Assembly: GCA_030390025.1 (NCBI GenBank)
Contig: CM059450.1
Location: forward strand, 16,802,001-16,866,000
Length of the DNA: 64,000 bases
From: Squalus acanthias
Lineage: Eukaryota
Direction: 5' to 3'
Below, in pieces: positions 47,081-61,400 of the stretch. Position 1 is the first letter of the stretch. Every line of letters begins with the position of its first letter. A model generated the notes under the pieces. That model did not search any database, had not been told where the DNA came from, and saw nothing but the letters and a program-made list of their open reading frames with translations. The translations under genes were made by a program, and so were the position numbers.

Positions 47081-48539
47081 AATGACTCGCCTTGCATGGT
47101 GAACTTCAACCTTTCCGCACAAAGTAAACCACATCCTAGAAGGTAAGTGATTTCATGCCAGTTTATTTCTGTTATGTCATTGTAGAAAGTCGTTAGATCT
47201 TAAACGATGTCTGGACAATCCACTCTACCACTGACAGTACAAGTGCTACGTGTCTCTACATTAAAAGCACACCCATTATAAATGCATCATTTTTGTTTGA
47301 CAGATGAGAATCAACAGGAACATACAACAACTGTACAACATTTCTCACCTCATACACTAATTGTCTTTCAGAATCTTCAGAACACAAGCCTTGTGATTTG
47401 TCATCTGGAGTTTACATGAATGATAGTCAACACTATTAAATTAAGAGAACAATGTAGAAGAAAGTGGGCTTTCGGTTGGGGGCTTTAACACTGGGCAATG
47501 TTGGAGATTAAGACGTGCACCATTGAGTTAATTGTGGATGCCGCCTCCATCTGAGGCAAACTCGGTGTTAATTGTGGCTTTAGGACTGCTCCCAGCCCAT
47601 CACAACCCTTTCTTCCTTACCCCTTGGTCCGACACAGTTCGATGTGTTTCCCATCTGTCCACAGCAGGAATCTAGTGCGGCAAATTGCTTTCTCTTCAAT
47701 CCCATTATATAGAATTGTCAATCCAGTCCTGCAAAGCACTTAAATATAAAACAAGTATACACCGTTCTGCAGTTAATTGTGTTTCTGTTGCTATTGTGGG
47801 TCCAGTGCAAGTCAGCTATCTACACATTGACAATGATTTGTAAACGGTTCTGTCTGATGACAATGGGCTGGAGTTTCTTGGCTGAAGTGAATTTACTGCC
47901 GATTTATGAGAGATTGTCACTCGGCAGTGACCAGTGCCGCGAGGTAACATGTTCTCCAGCTGCAGCAGGTGGAGATGGTAAGGGCGAGAGGGCATCAAAA
48001 TCACAGGCTCGACGGCAGAATTCTCAAATCAGCTCCTGATTTTTCCACTTGCCCATGAAGATGACTTCTAGTTCGCAATCGATTTTCCTTATTTGGAGGT
48101 GGACATTTCATGGCTGATCTGAATGGGCCGAGCCCTTGGCCACATGTTCAATCAGCATTCAGAGGGGATAGCAACAAGATGCCCTTTCACAACCTGTCCT
48201 CTCCTCCGAGATAGCCGCATGGCCAGACTTACCGACACTAGTGGTCAGGATCTTCAGGACACAGCAGATGATGATTGGCATATTTTACTCTGCTGGGTAC
48301 TGCCAGTAAAGGAAAATAATTTGAATGCGCGAAGGAATATTTGTTGTTAACCCATTACCATCTACCCTGAGGAAAATCCAGGTCCAAATGTTTTAAATCT
48401 TCAGATCCCTCTGTTTCACTGGACCCACTATCTGTTAATTTATTGATTGTACAATTTGATGGTGTAATAACAGGGTGTAGCCAGAGGCAACTGGAGTAAG
48501 GGTACAGAGATCACATATAATTGGCCCTGAGAACATGAA

Positions 48540-50380
48540 CAGGCTCCTGGCCAACCTCTCACATTCTACCACACGTAAACTCGAGTTCATTCAAAACTCG
48601 GCTGCCCGTGTCCTAAGCCCTGTTCACCCATCAACCCTGTGCTCGCTGACCTACATTGGCTCCCGGTTAAGCAACATCTCGATTTAAAAATTCTCATCCT
48701 TGTTTTCAAATCCCTCCATGGCCTCGCCCCTCCCTATCTCTGTAACCTCCTCCAGCCCCACAACCCACCCCCCACCCCGAGAGCTCTGCGCTCCTCTAAT
48801 TCTGCCCTCTTGAGCATCTCTGATTTCCATCGCTCCACCATTGGCGGCCGTGCCTTCAGCTGCCTAGGCCCTAAGCTCTGGAATTCCCTCCCTAAACCTC
48901 TCCGCCTCGCTACCTCTCTTTCCTCCTTTAAAGGACCTGGGAGTCCTTGTGCATGAAACACAAAAAGTTAGCATGCAGGTACAGCAAGTAATCAAAAAGG
49001 CAAATGGAATGTTGGCCTTTATTTCAAAGGGGTTGGAGTATAAAAGCAGGGAAGTCCTGCTACAACTGTACAGGGTATTGGTGAGACCACACCTTGAGTA
49101 CTGAGTTCAGTTTTGGTCTCCTTATTTAAGGAAGGATATACTTGCATTGGAGACAGTTCAGAGACGATTCACTAGGTTAATTCCGGAGATGAGGGGGTTG
49201 ACTTATGAAGAAAGGTTGAGCAGGCTGGGCCTATATTCATTGGAATTTAGAAGAATGAGAGGTGATCTTATTGAAACATATAAGATACTGAGGGGGCTCG
49301 ACAAGGTAGATGCAGAAAGGATGTTTCCCCTCGAGGGGAAATCTAGAACACAGGGGCATAGTTTCAGGATAAAGGGTCGCCCTTTTAGAACTGAGCTGAG
49401 GAGGAATTTCTTCTCTCAGAGGGTCGTAAATCTGTGGAATTCTCTGCCCCAGAGAGCTGTGGAGGCTGGGTCATTAAATACATTTAAGGTGGAGATAGAC
49501 AGATTTTTGCAAGATAAGGGAGTGAAGGGTTATGGGGAGCGGGCGGGGAAGTGGCTTTGAGCCCAAGATCAGCCATGATCTTATTGAATGGCGGAGCAGG
49601 CTCGGGGGGTCAAGTGGCCTATTCCTGCTCCTATTTCTTATGTTCTTATGTTTAAGACGCTCCTTGAAACCTACCTCTTTGACCAAGCTTTTGATCACCT
49701 GCCCTAATAACTCCTGAAATAACAATAGAAAGCGCTGGAAAAACTCAGCAGGCCAGGCAACATCCGTGGAGAGAGAAACAGAGTTAACGTTTCAGGTCGA
49801 AACCCTTCGTCAGAACTGAGAAAAAAGCAGGAAATGAAACAGATGAAAAAGCAAGTTTGGAGGCTGGGGGAGGGAGTCTGTGAGACGTAGAGACATTAAG
49901 AGATACTCAAGGCGAGACGAGATGGTAATAGGACGGGTTAAGAAACAAAAGATGGCTCAGAAGTGTGAAATGCGCTGGCAGGATGAAAGACAGCTGCCAT
50001 GTGGGAGAGAGAGAGGAAAGGGAAAAGGCACAAACCAAAAGGTCTCACAGACCTTCCCTTTTGTTCTTGTATTCCCTCCCCCAGCCTCCAAAGTTGCTTT
50101 TTTATCTGTTTCATTTCCTGCTTTTTTCTCAGTTCTGACGAAGGGTCTTCGACCTGAAACGTTAACTCTGTTTCTCTCTCCACGGATGCTGCCTGGCCCG
50201 CTGAGTTTTTCCAGCGTTTTCTGTTGTTATTTCAGTTTTCCAGCATCCGCAGTATTTTGCTAATACCTCCTTATGTGGCTCGGTGTCAAATTGTTTTGTC
50301 TTATTAGACTTTTTGTCTGTGAAGCACCTTGGGACATTTTACTATGTTGAAGGTGCTGTATAAATACAAGTTGTTGTTGA
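48540..50380 (+). mobile_element. L2 3' fragment interrupted by a CR1 fragment (48932-49650) and an inverted-pLTR PLE (49716-50260)
   Basis: LHWLPVKQHLDLKIL; CR1 RT C-terminus; L2 tail resumes after each insertion. Confidence 0.8.
49716..50260. mobile_element. Inverted-pLTR PLE derivative with two hammerhead motifs (49782-49817 -, 50131-50167 +)
   Basis: ~155-bp inverted repeat related to the pLTR at 1320-1672; imperfect TSD TAATAACTCCT / TAATACCTCCT. Confidence 0.8.
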
Positions 50381-51970
50381 AGAAATTGTGCTCATGGGCG
50401 ATTAAGCATTAAAGAGCCTTTTATATTGGTCTTATCATTCAGATTCTGCGGGATAGGCATCCACAAACTGGAACCCAAGTGGTTATGCCGTTGAATTCAA
50501 TTTCCAAAGAGGAAGATTCGTAGAAGCTAAGTCCATGGCAATGAGATTTAGCGCATAAATGCTGGGAATGGGCGCGTGGACGCAGGACTCCTGGAATCTG
50601 AATTAAAACAAGAGCAATATAAAAGTGACTGAAATACTGGGCGGAATGTCCTGAAAAGGAGGTTCTCTGTCAGACATGTAGTCTGTTCCACCTATAGCCA
50701 TTTAGTCCCAATCCCCAAAAGCTGCTTCGGCCTTGTTCACTATAGCCAGTTCATTCTGGCCCTCAAATCACACAGCCACACTCCACAGCTATGTAGTCCC
50801 TTATCCATAATCACTTAGTTAAATCTGGAATTCCCTCCATCTTCTCCACCTCCCTCTCCTCCTTTAAGGCCTTTCTTAAAACCCACCTCTTTGACCAAGA
50901 TTTTAGTCACCCCTCCTAATAGCTCCTTCTTGGTTTTGTCTGATTAGACTTTTACAAAGCGCTTGGTGATGTTTTTCTACCTTAAAGATATATTAACAGT
51001 TGTTGTTGTACCACCACACAACTTAGTCCCACCTCTTAGTTCTACCCCTCCATATCGCTTAGTTCTTTTTCTATTCGTTCACAGGATGTGAGCGTCGCTG
51101 GCGAGGCCAGCATTTATTGCCCATTCCTAATTGCCCTTGAGAAGGTGGTGGTGAGCTGCCTTCTTGGACCGCAGAGGGCAGTTAAGAGTCAACCACATTG
51201 CTGTGGGTCTGGAGTCACGTATAGGCCCGACCGGGTAAGGACGGCAGATTTCCTTCCCTAAAGGGCATTAGTGAACCAGATGGGTTTTTATGACAATCCG
51301 GTAGTTTCATGGTCACCGTTACTAGCTTTTTGTATTCCAGATTTATTTAATTAACTGAATTTAAATTCCCCTAGCTGCCGTGATGGGATTTGAGCTCGCA
51401 GTCTCTGGATCATTAGTCCAGGCCTCAGGATTACTAGTCCAGTAACGTAACCACTATGCTACCGTTCCACCTCCATATTGCTTAATTCCACTGCCATATC
51501 ACCTAGTTCACCGCCATATCACCTAACCCTACCTCCATATCACTTATTTCCACTCCCATATTCACTTAGTTTCACCTCCATATTCACTTAGCCCTTCCTT
51601 CACAGTCCCATCCTTCTGTAATCATTTAATCTAGCCACAATCTTGAATATCATCTGTACTTGATTGAAAACTTGAACAGGTTTGGCTTTGCTGCCTTCCT
51701 CTTCTTCAATGCCGTGACCTGATGATTGACAACCCTGAATGTGACGGAAGCAACTCAAACCAACTACTTTCATCCAATGTTCTGATTTAATATCTCAAAA
51801 ACTAAATCAAATTTAATCCGATTAAAAAAAAATAACTTCAAAGATTATTTCTGAATAGAGCAAAAATATTTAGCATGATTGGAAATGTAATTAAGGTTAA
51901 AGGGAGTGAGGTACAAATACCAAAAACTATTCAATATTTTCTCTAGCGATCTACAGAAATTTTAATTTCA

Positions 51971-52280
51971 GGACAACACGGTGGCATAGTGGTTAGCACT
52001 GTTGCCTCACAGCGCTAGGGACCTGGGTTCGAATCCGGCATCGCGTGACTGTCTGTGTGGAGTTTGCACATTCTCCCCGTGTCTGCGTGGGTTTCCTCCG
52101 GGTGCTCCGGTTTCCTCCCACAGTCCAAAGATGTGCGGGTTAGGTTGATTTGGCTATGATAAAATTGACCCTTAGTGTTAGGGGGATTAAATACGTGGGG
52201 TTACGGGGATAGGGTGGGATATGTGTCGGTGCAGGCTCGATGGGCCGAAATGGCCTCTATCTGCACTGTGGGGATTCTGT
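51971..52280 (+). mobile_element. HE1-type V-SINE
   Basis: tRNA head (GGTGGCATAGTGGTTAGC...GGTTCGAATCC), V-domain GGAGTTTGCACATTCTCCCCGTGTCTGCGTGGGTTTCCTCCGG, CR1-like tail GCTCGATGGGCCGAA. Confidence 0.9.
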
Positions 52281-53293
52281 GACCCTTCTTCTTGGCTAAT
52301 TATGGATTTATCAACGACAATTTGCGTCTTTAATGTCGAAAAGCATCCCAAGGTACTTCAGAAAGACATGAGGAAAAACAGAGTCCAAGAAAGAGCAATC
52401 GGGAGGGGTGATCAAATGCTTGGTCAAAGGTGTGGGTTTTAAAGAGGTTCTTAAAGGAGGAGAGGGAGATGGAGAAGCGCACGGGTTTAGAGGGGGAATT
52501 CCAATGTGTAGGGTGGAGGCAGCTGAAGGCCTGGCTGCTAATGGTGAGGCAAAAGTAGAGCTGCACAAGAGACCAGAGTCTGAGGAATGGATGGTATTAG
52601 CGGAAAGCTGGGCAGAGTTTATCTCCCTTACCTCATGGTTGGGATGGCGCGTGGCATGATGTCACCCAAGAGATGGGAAGGAGAGGGAGGAGAATATCTC
52701 AAGGGAAGATTGTCATTCTCAAGAAAATTATCATTTGTGCTGTGACAGGAATGAACTAAATAGGAAAAGCATCTAGTTCTCTGGTATCTTCCAATGAGTT
52801 TCTTTCCGCCCTGTTCCCCAACTGCTTCCCTTTCTGGAGCTGCCTTCTCCATATGGTGAAACGATGGAGGGGAAGAAGGTTTTTTGCACAGGGTGTATGG
52901 GTCTGCAGTGATATAATTTACACATAAAATGAAGGCTGCCTCACCCCACAGCTACCCAACACTTCTCTGCCTGAAACCGCTACCCAAGGACATTACACAT
53001 CCACAAACACCACAATACATCATTGCACCAAGCCCCACTAATCTCTTTAAGAATGCCTTGCCTCCACAAAGACCCCAACACAACCCTCCCTGAAGCTGAC
53101 CCAAGCCTACCTCCCATCCCCAAAGACTGCAGTACATCTCTCCCTGAGGCTGTTGCTTCTTTACTTAAGGTTTCCTCCTCTCCTCCAGATCCTGACCACT
53201 TCTATCCATAAGGCCACTCACTGTTACCTCTCCTGCCTGAAGGAACCACTTCTTCAGTCACTGAGCGGAGACTCCTATGACTCTTCCCAAGAA

Positions 53294-53931
53294 TGAGAAG
53301 TCGCACAACACCAGGTTATAGTCCAACAGATTTATTTAATTTTACAAGCTTTCGGAGCTTTTCGCTCCTTCCTCAGGTAGGTTAGCAGTGAGAGAATCTC
53401 CCAGAATTCACAATTTAAACACAGACAAAATCTATTCAAATCTTTCCCTACATCAAAGACACACTAAGAGCACAGCCAAGACAATGAGATGTGTCCCAGG
53501 GGGTCCAACGTGTCAAACCACCTGCTGGCTGCATATCCTGTCAATTTGTGTTGGTTCTTGTGTTAGTCTTTTAAAAAAAAAACAACAAACACCTGGGAAG
53601 ACCGGCCATGATGTCAAGTCACGTTCTGTATCGTGACATGAACCCGATATCGCGATTGAGGCCATCCTCATGAGTGCGGAACTTGGCTATCAGTTTCTGC
53701 TCTATGATTTTGCGTTGTCGTGTATCCCGAAGGCCATGTAGGGAAAGATTTGAATAGATTTTGTCTTGTTTAAATTGTGAATTCTGGGAGATTCTCTCAC
53801 TGCTAACCTACCTGAGGAAGGAGCGAAAAGCTCCGAAAGCTTGTAAAATTAAATAAATCTGTTGGACTATAACCTGGTGTTGTGCGACTTCTCATTTTTG
53901 TCCACCCCAGTCCAATGCCGGCATCTCCACA
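53294..53931. mobile_element. 5'-truncated PLE with inverted pLTR and two hammerhead motifs (53343-53379 -, 53809-53845 +)
   Basis: Minus-strand GIY-YIG tail (EQKLIAKFRTHEDGLNRDIGFMSRY); 12-bp TSD TCTTCCCAAGAA (53282-53293 / 53932-53943). Confidence 0.85.
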
Positions 53932-54599
53932 TCTTCCCAAGAAGATTAACCATTTCCTACCCCCGATGCCATCAGACCCTTTCCATGACTATCACAACTT
54001 TCCTAAACAAGTTAAATAAACATTGAAAAATCCTTAAAAAAAAACACTTTCTGGTTGAATCACTGATGGTTTTTGAGTCATTGGCACAGTGACACCCAAC
54101 AACTGTTTGACAAGTCAAGCCACTGCTTGGAGTGTGGCCCTTGACAAAAGGTTAGAGATTTTTACCCACTAGGTGGAGCACTTTACAATAGTGGAGTGTT
54201 CCCTGTTGTTAACTTCAGGAAAAAAGAGTGATCTAAAGCACACCTCCTCTGGTCAATCACACTGGGAACCGAAATTCCAAGCACTCCGACAGCCTCAGGC
54301 TACGAACTTTTAGTTCAGACTATTAAGTTGACTATCCATTTTTAGTATGTGCTGATTGTTGAGACTAACCTGAATATTCCTTTTACATAAGATATACAGC
54401 ACAGAAACAGGCCATTTGGCCCAACCAGTCCATGCAAGCGTTTAAAATGCAACAGATTATTTGAATCCTTTATTACCTTGTAAGGGAAAGAGAGCAAAAA
54501 GATTGGTCAGACATGGGCTTCAAGAGGTTTTGACTGGCTACCAATTTTCTAAATAGTAGCCAACTGGGTTCCTATGGAGAAACAATTACATTCCTAAAC

Positions 54600-57485
54600 T
54601 GGCATGAAGAGATAGGTAAAGGGGAAAAGTGAATGGAGTTTTTACAGTGTGTTCAGGACTCCTTTCTTGCCCAATACGTAAGAAGCCCAACAAGAGAGGG
54701 ATCACTGCTGGATCTAGTATTGTGAAATGAACCAGAGAAGTAAGCATAGGGGAACATCTAGGCAATAGGGATCACAAAATAATAATGTTTAAACTAATGA
54801 TTGAGATGGACATAAGGAAGACAAAAATCAAAGTCATAGATTGGGGGAAAAAAAAACTAATTTTGAGGGGATGAAAATGGAACTAGGGAAGGTAAACTTG
54901 GAAAAAAACAATGTTGACAGTCAGAGACAGAACAGCAGTGGGAAATATTTAAAACCGTGATCAATAGAGATCAGGAGAAATATACTCCGCTAAGAAAAAA
55001 GAACAGACGAGCCAATAATGAAACGCCATGGATGAATAAAGAGATAAGGGCAAAATTGAAACTAAAGAAAAAGATATACACTAAGTACAGAGACAATATT
55101 AAGGAGAGGATAATAAAAGGGAATACGAAGAGGTTAGGAAAGAAGTCAGAAAACAATTAGGAAAGCAAAGAGGAACTACGAAATCAAAGTATTAAGGAAT
55201 TATAAAAAGAAATAGTAAAGTATTCTACAGACATATAAATAACAGAAGGAAAATTAGGATAGGGATCGGGCCACTAAGGGATCCACAAGATAAACTCACA
55301 GGCAATGACAGCGAAATGGCAGAAATATTGAATAGTTATTTTGCCTCAGTATTTACCAGGGAGACTAACAGGGTGGACATGACAGTAGAAGAGGAGATAA
55401 AAAAAATGAAGACATTTAAGATAGAAAGGGGGGAGATAATTGATAAACTAACCAAACTTAGAGAGGATAAAACTCCTGGGTGCATCCCAGGATGGATTGC
55501 ATCCGCGCATATTAAAAGAAATTAGGGAAGAGATAGCAGAGGCACTGTTACATATATATAAGGCTTCTTCGGCAGCACCTCCCAAACCCACGACCTCTTC
55601 CACCTAGAAGGACAAGGGCAGCAGGTGCATGGGAACACCACCACCTCCAAGTTCCCCTCAAGTCACACACCATCCTGATTTAGAAGTATATCGCCGATCC
55701 TTCATCGTTGCTGGGTCAAAATCCTGGAACTCCCTCCCTAACAGCACTGTGGGAGCACCTTCACCACACGGACTGCAGCGGTTCAAGAAGGTGGCTCACC
55801 ACCACCTTCTCGAGGGCAACTAGGGATGGGCAATAAATGCTGGCCTTGCCAGCAACGCCCACATCCCAGGAACGAATAAAAAAATATATAACAATTCATT
55901 AGAAAAGGGACTAGTGCCAGAGGACTGGCGGACAGCTAGTGTGATTCCTATATTTAAAAAAGGGAGATAGAACAAGTCCAGGGATCTATAGACCAGTTAG
56001 CTTAATGTCAGTGGTAGGAAAGATAATATAAGCTTTACTCAAAGATGTAATAGTAAAGGTATCTAGAAACCAAAACTATAATAAAGAGTAGTCAGCAGGG
56101 ATTCCAAAAGGGAAGGTCATGCTTGACCAACCTTACTGAGATCTTTGAAACAGTAACAGAAAGAGTGGACAAGGGTAATGTAGTAGATGTAATATATTTG
56201 GATTTTTGCAAGGTTTTCAGTGAGGTACCACATAGTAGACCCATGACTAAGGTCAGAGCATGTGGAGTCAGGGGACAAGTAGCAGAATGGATAGCACGCT
56301 GGCTACAAAACAGAAAACAGAGAGTTGGGGTTAAAGGTAGTTACTCAGATTGGCGGAAGGTGGGAAGTGGTGTTCCACAAGGATCGGTGCTGGCACCACT
56401 GTTGTTCATTATTTACATAAATGATTTGGACTTGGGAATCAGAAGTGCAATTTCAAAATTTGCGGATGACACCAAATTGGGAGGTATAGTTAATACTGAG
56501 GAAGACAGCGACAAGATACGAGACGACATGAATAAACTTGCGGAATGGACATGTAATTGGCGAATTAATTTCAATTGGCAGTGGTGCCTAGTGATCCTTT
56601 GTGATCGAAACAATTCACGTCACCAAGAGTCCAATCTGACAAGGCCACTGGGGCACAGTTTCCTGTGTCAGTATTTCTTACTGGTTGATGACTCGTCCTT
56701 TGTCAGGTCAGATTATCACGAGAGGTGTGGACGCGTTCCAAAACATGCCGACTCGAGTCAGCACCGTCACATATGAGTTGGTGCATTTTGGTAGGAAGAA
56801 TAAGGAGGTCACATACTTCTTGGAAAGTAAGAGTCTAAATGGGGCAGAGGCACAAAGTGAGCTATAGGCACAGATACACAAATCACTAAAAGTAGCGGCA
56901 CAGGTTAATAAGGCCTTGAAAAGAGCAAACTTGTATAGAACCTTGGTTAGACCACACCTGGGAGTACTGTGAACAGTTCTGGTTCTCCATATTATGAAAA
57001 GGATATAGAGGCACTGGCGAAGGTGCAGATAAGATTTACAAGGATGAAACCAGAACTGAGAGGTTATCAGGAAAGATTGAACAGGCTGGGGCTCTTTTCT
57101 CCTGAAAAGAGAAGTCTGAGGGGCGACCTGATCGAGGTCTTTAAGATTATGAAAGGGTTTCGATAGGGTAGATGTAAAGATGTTTCCACTTGTTGATGAG
57201 ACCAAAACTAGGGGCCATCAATATAAGATAGTCACGAATAAATCCAATAGGGAATTCAGGAGAAACTTCTTTACCCAGAGGGTGGTTAGAATGTGGAACT
57301 CGCTACCACAGGGAGTGGTTGAGGCGAATAGAGTAGATGTAGTTAAGGAGAAGCTGGATAAGCACATGAGGGAGAAGGGAATAGAACGATGAAGAGGGGT
57401 GGGAGGAAGCTCATGTTGGAGCATAAACACCGGCATGGACCTCTTGGACTGAATGGCCTGTTTCTGTGCTGTAAATTCGATGTGA
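54600..57485 (+). mobile_element. Decayed CR1 LINE ORF2 with nested LINE/SINE tail (55562-55886)
   Basis: [29 protein letters not shown] motifs with frameshifts. Confidence 0.88.
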
Positions 57486-57759
57486 TATTTGGGGGTAGGG
57501 GAAACGCAGTGCTTCTAAGGTGCTATAGTATTGCCATGGGGAGTAGTGAATATCTAAAAATGTGTTGTCATGGAAAGAGCGGGCATGTCCGAGGCACAGA
57601 GACACCTGGGTGCCTGGCTGGCTGAAGGAGGAAGTCAATGGCAGACAGAAAATAAAATTCAAAAAGGGCGTAGAAAATCAAAAAAAGGAATCGTCTGCGC
57701 ACGTTGCCTACAAAGTCTGTCCGTTAAAAGGTTAGCTTTCAAGAGCACATCACAGACTT

Positions 57760-58443
57760 GGGGGAGAAATGGGTGCTAACGAGAGGCGCAAAGGCACCCA
57801 TATTCTGCGGGAGTTTTGCGGCAGCGCTAAGGCGTTGCGCCCCGATCTCCTTTGCCCGGAGATCGTGGCGTCATCGCCCCGGTAGCGCCCCGGACCCGAA
57901 ATTGACTTCCGCCCCCTGCAGCGGCACCGGTCGGAAACACCGACAGCCGCAGGAGGCGCGCATCGGGTGGCCGGCCGCTTCAGGGGCAATGATTAAAGGC
58001 AAGGTGGCCGAGGCAAGTGAGAAAAAAAAATGACCTTTCCTGTCGGTGTTTTTTTCGCGGTTTCCTGCCCGCGCTCGATCGGCCCGGCACTCTGCTTGAG
58101 TGCCGGGCTGATCGCGCGGGGTGGCGGCTGCCTTGGTGGTCCAGGTCGGTACTTTTTCCATTGCAGAGCCTGCGGCGATGGCCCTTCCGTTTAAGGGAGG
58201 GAAGGAGCCTTTGAACGCGGCAGCGCGGCACGGCCCAGTGTGCAACGCTACTGAAGTCTCCGCCCCTTTATTCGGGGTTAGTGCTTCAAGAAGGAAGTGG
58301 AGCGCTTGATTTAACGCTCCACCTCCCTCTTGGGGCGCTGAAACTCAATTTCGCGGTCGCTGGTGCTAATTAGCGCCGGGCGCAAAAGTTTACGCTCAGG
58401 CGATGTTAGTGCCCCAAAATGGTCGATACTGAATTTTTTCCCT
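57760..58443 (+). mobile_element. Non-autonomous Harbinger derivative related to the 9013-13269 element
   Basis: Termini GGGGGAGAAAT / ATACTGAATTTTTTCCC, TSD CTT; last ~135 bp similar to 13133-13269. Confidence 0.75.
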
Positions 58444-61400
58444 CTTACAATTCAGGAGAATCGTCTTTGCCCAGAGAGTGGTTAGAATGTGGAACTCGTC
58501 ACCACAGGAAGTGGTTGAGGCGAATAGCATAGATGCATTTAAGGGGAAGCTAGATAAACACATGAGGGAGAAAGGAATAGAAGGTTATGCTGATAGGGTG
58601 GGATGAAGTAGGTTGGGAGGAGGCTGGTGTGGAGCATAAACACCAGCATGGACAAATGGCCTATTTCTGTGCTGTAAACTTTACGTGCTTCTATGTGACT
58701 TAACAATTACCACCCACAGATACAATATTTAAAAAAAGAGTGTTTTCGACTTAATTTCTCTCACTCATCGAATGATTTGCAGATAAAGTGCAGTGTAACC
58801 CTAAACAAATCGTATCAGTTTTACCTCACAAGTACTATCACAGCGGAAAGCATGGCCTTATCAATAGGAAACTTGTAGAAAAAGGAAAAAAAAAAATCCA
58901 AAATGTTTACTAATAAACTTTCACTCGCAAACAGAATCTTCAGCCAACTAGCTAATTTTTAATTTTTGAAGAAGGAGGTGAGATTCTGCAGAGGGAGATC
59001 CAGCGCTCAGTATTACCGTCAAACTCTGCCCGCTCAGGATGATTGGGTCAGATCCACTGGTGTCAGTGGAGTATTTGCCGTCGGTTCCCAAAGCTCAGCT
59101 CTCCCTCACCCAGTGACAACCGGGGTAAACATGCCCCGATTCGCCAAATGCGGTCACCAGGAAGATCTGGCAATAAGTGGACTGGTCCTTCCAGTGTTTG
59201 AGTGGACTGTCCCGGTGTGATGCCAAATGTTCAATGTTGCCACCATCTCCCAAATACTGGCAGAGCTTTACCAGAAATTCTGTGTTCCCGGTGGCTTCAT
59301 TAAAGATGAGTTCGGAGCCGGGAAACACCTGATTTTGGAGCGGCAAAACAATGGTGACCGCAAGCGAGTGTCACTTGACCGATATCTCTGTTGACACTTG
59401 TGAGTTATTGGCTGTGCCTCACTCGGACAAGTTGGTGTCAGCATCGGCCTTGAGCTCTGCTCGATTTGAAATGGGGCCGGGAGGGCGAGGAGTCAGATCT
59501 GGAGCCTCCCCCATCCAACACCGTGTTTCCGTGGTCGAGGCACCCTCTGCTACGGTACTGAGGCAAACAGAGCAAGGCCGCCCAATGTTCAAACCTCAAT
59601 CTCGGCTGGGTTGGCTGACCTCAATCCGCTCGCTGGTCGAGGTGCTACAGTCGGCCTCAGTTGGGGAGAGGGAAGTCATCCATGGCTCCTGACAGTCACT
59701 GACCCCCCTACTGGACGCCGCGCGGGGGGGCAGCATCAGACGCAGCTGCGATGCCTTCAGAGTCAAATAGCCTGGCAACGCTCACTGAGAGGAGAACAAT
59801 GGGCACACGGGCAATCATAGAAGGATGAATCATGGAATGATATAGCACAGAAGGAGGCCATTTGGCCCATCGTGCCTGTGCCGGCTCTTTGAAAGAGTGA
59901 TCCAATTAGTCCCACTCCCCCCTGCTCTTTCCCCGTAGCCCTGCAAATTTTTCCCCTTCAAGTATTTATCCAATTCTCTTCTGAAAGTTATTACTGAGTC
60001 TGCTGCCATCGCCCTTTCAGGTAGTGCAAATGGAAAAGTGACAACATGAAGCAACACCTTCAAGGACAGAGAAGATGGGAACAAATTGGCATATTCTCCG
60101 CCCAGAGTCTTGCATATGGAACTCATGGCTGGTGCAGTACAGACATTTTCTCAGAAGAAAGATTAAAAGGAAATCACGAAGGTGACACACTTTTTTTCCA
60201 CACTGCTCAATACGTACGTCACCCGTGTGCACTGTGATTGGCTATATTCACTCCACAGTCATTGCTAAGGACATTCCACAACATGCTGCACAGTGAACAC
60301 CAAGTGGTTATTTGCGAGCGCGAGTGATCGCTATTTCATAAATAAGCTGAGCGCAGACAGCTATCGTGCCGCGCTGGGAGGAGCGTGAATCGGGAGAGTG
60401 GCTGCCGAGAGTCGGGGCTGGCAGTGACTCAAAGGCAGAAAAAACGTCGCTGAATGTGGGGAATTCAGAATCAAAAACTTGCTGCAGGTGCCCAGCAGGC
60501 CTGGACAGCTTCCAAGGGAGCAAAGACGGGCGTGACCTTTCACCTTTTGCAGGACGTCACAGGTAAGGTCGCCAACTCTGGTTGGAGGTATTCCTGGAGA
60601 TTTCTTCACACGACCTCCCACCTCCAGCCGCCTCACATGGGCAAACAGCTTTTTCTCCCCCCCCCCCCGCCCACCCCTCCATCGCCAATATTTTTTGCGA
60701 CTAATAAAAGTATTCAAAGAAAATGGAAAAAATTATCGCCCCCCCCCCAGGATTTTTCTCTCGGTGGGTGTTGCTGGCTGCGAGGGGTCCTGGAGATTAA
60801 TCTCTAATTCCTGGGCACTCCAGGGCAATCCTGGAGCTTTGGCCACCCTAGTTGCGCCCTCTTGTGTGAAGGTAGTTGGCCAATAACTTCTGCTGTCCAC
60901 CTTTATTTCGGTCGTCCCGACTGCGCATCCTGGTCAAGGGTCCCACCAGAAACACCGAGCTGTATTTCTTTCCTTCAGTTGCTGACTGACCTTTCCAGAG
61001 GTCATTTTATGAGTGGCCCCGCCCCGCCTCAGAGTGCAAATCAGAAAAGTGGGCCCTCAGGGCCCCGCCATTTTCTAGTCAGGAATGGTTAAAAACAATC
61101 GCGGGGCAGCGTGCGCCCAGCTTTCTCTGATTTGCCGCCCTGGTTGGGGGGGGGCGGGGCTACCTGCGGGGCGCGCGCGCTCATAACCTTCCCCCACTGC
61201 GCGTTTGCCGAATATTCCGCTTAGTTTTTTTGTGCGACGGAGGCTCGAGTCGGGCTGCCATAAACACCTGGAGCAAAGCTGGAGTTGTCAGGGTAGAATT
61301 GGTGCTCCCGGCCTGAGAGACTTGCACGGTGGGAGCGCAAATGGGGAACTGGCGCTCGGCTTGCTCAGCCTCAGTTGACACAGAATGGATGGAAAGCCTG

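Noticed and set aside
51971-52040. tRNA gene
   Set aside because: tRNA-like head continues into a V-SINE body and LINE-derived tail
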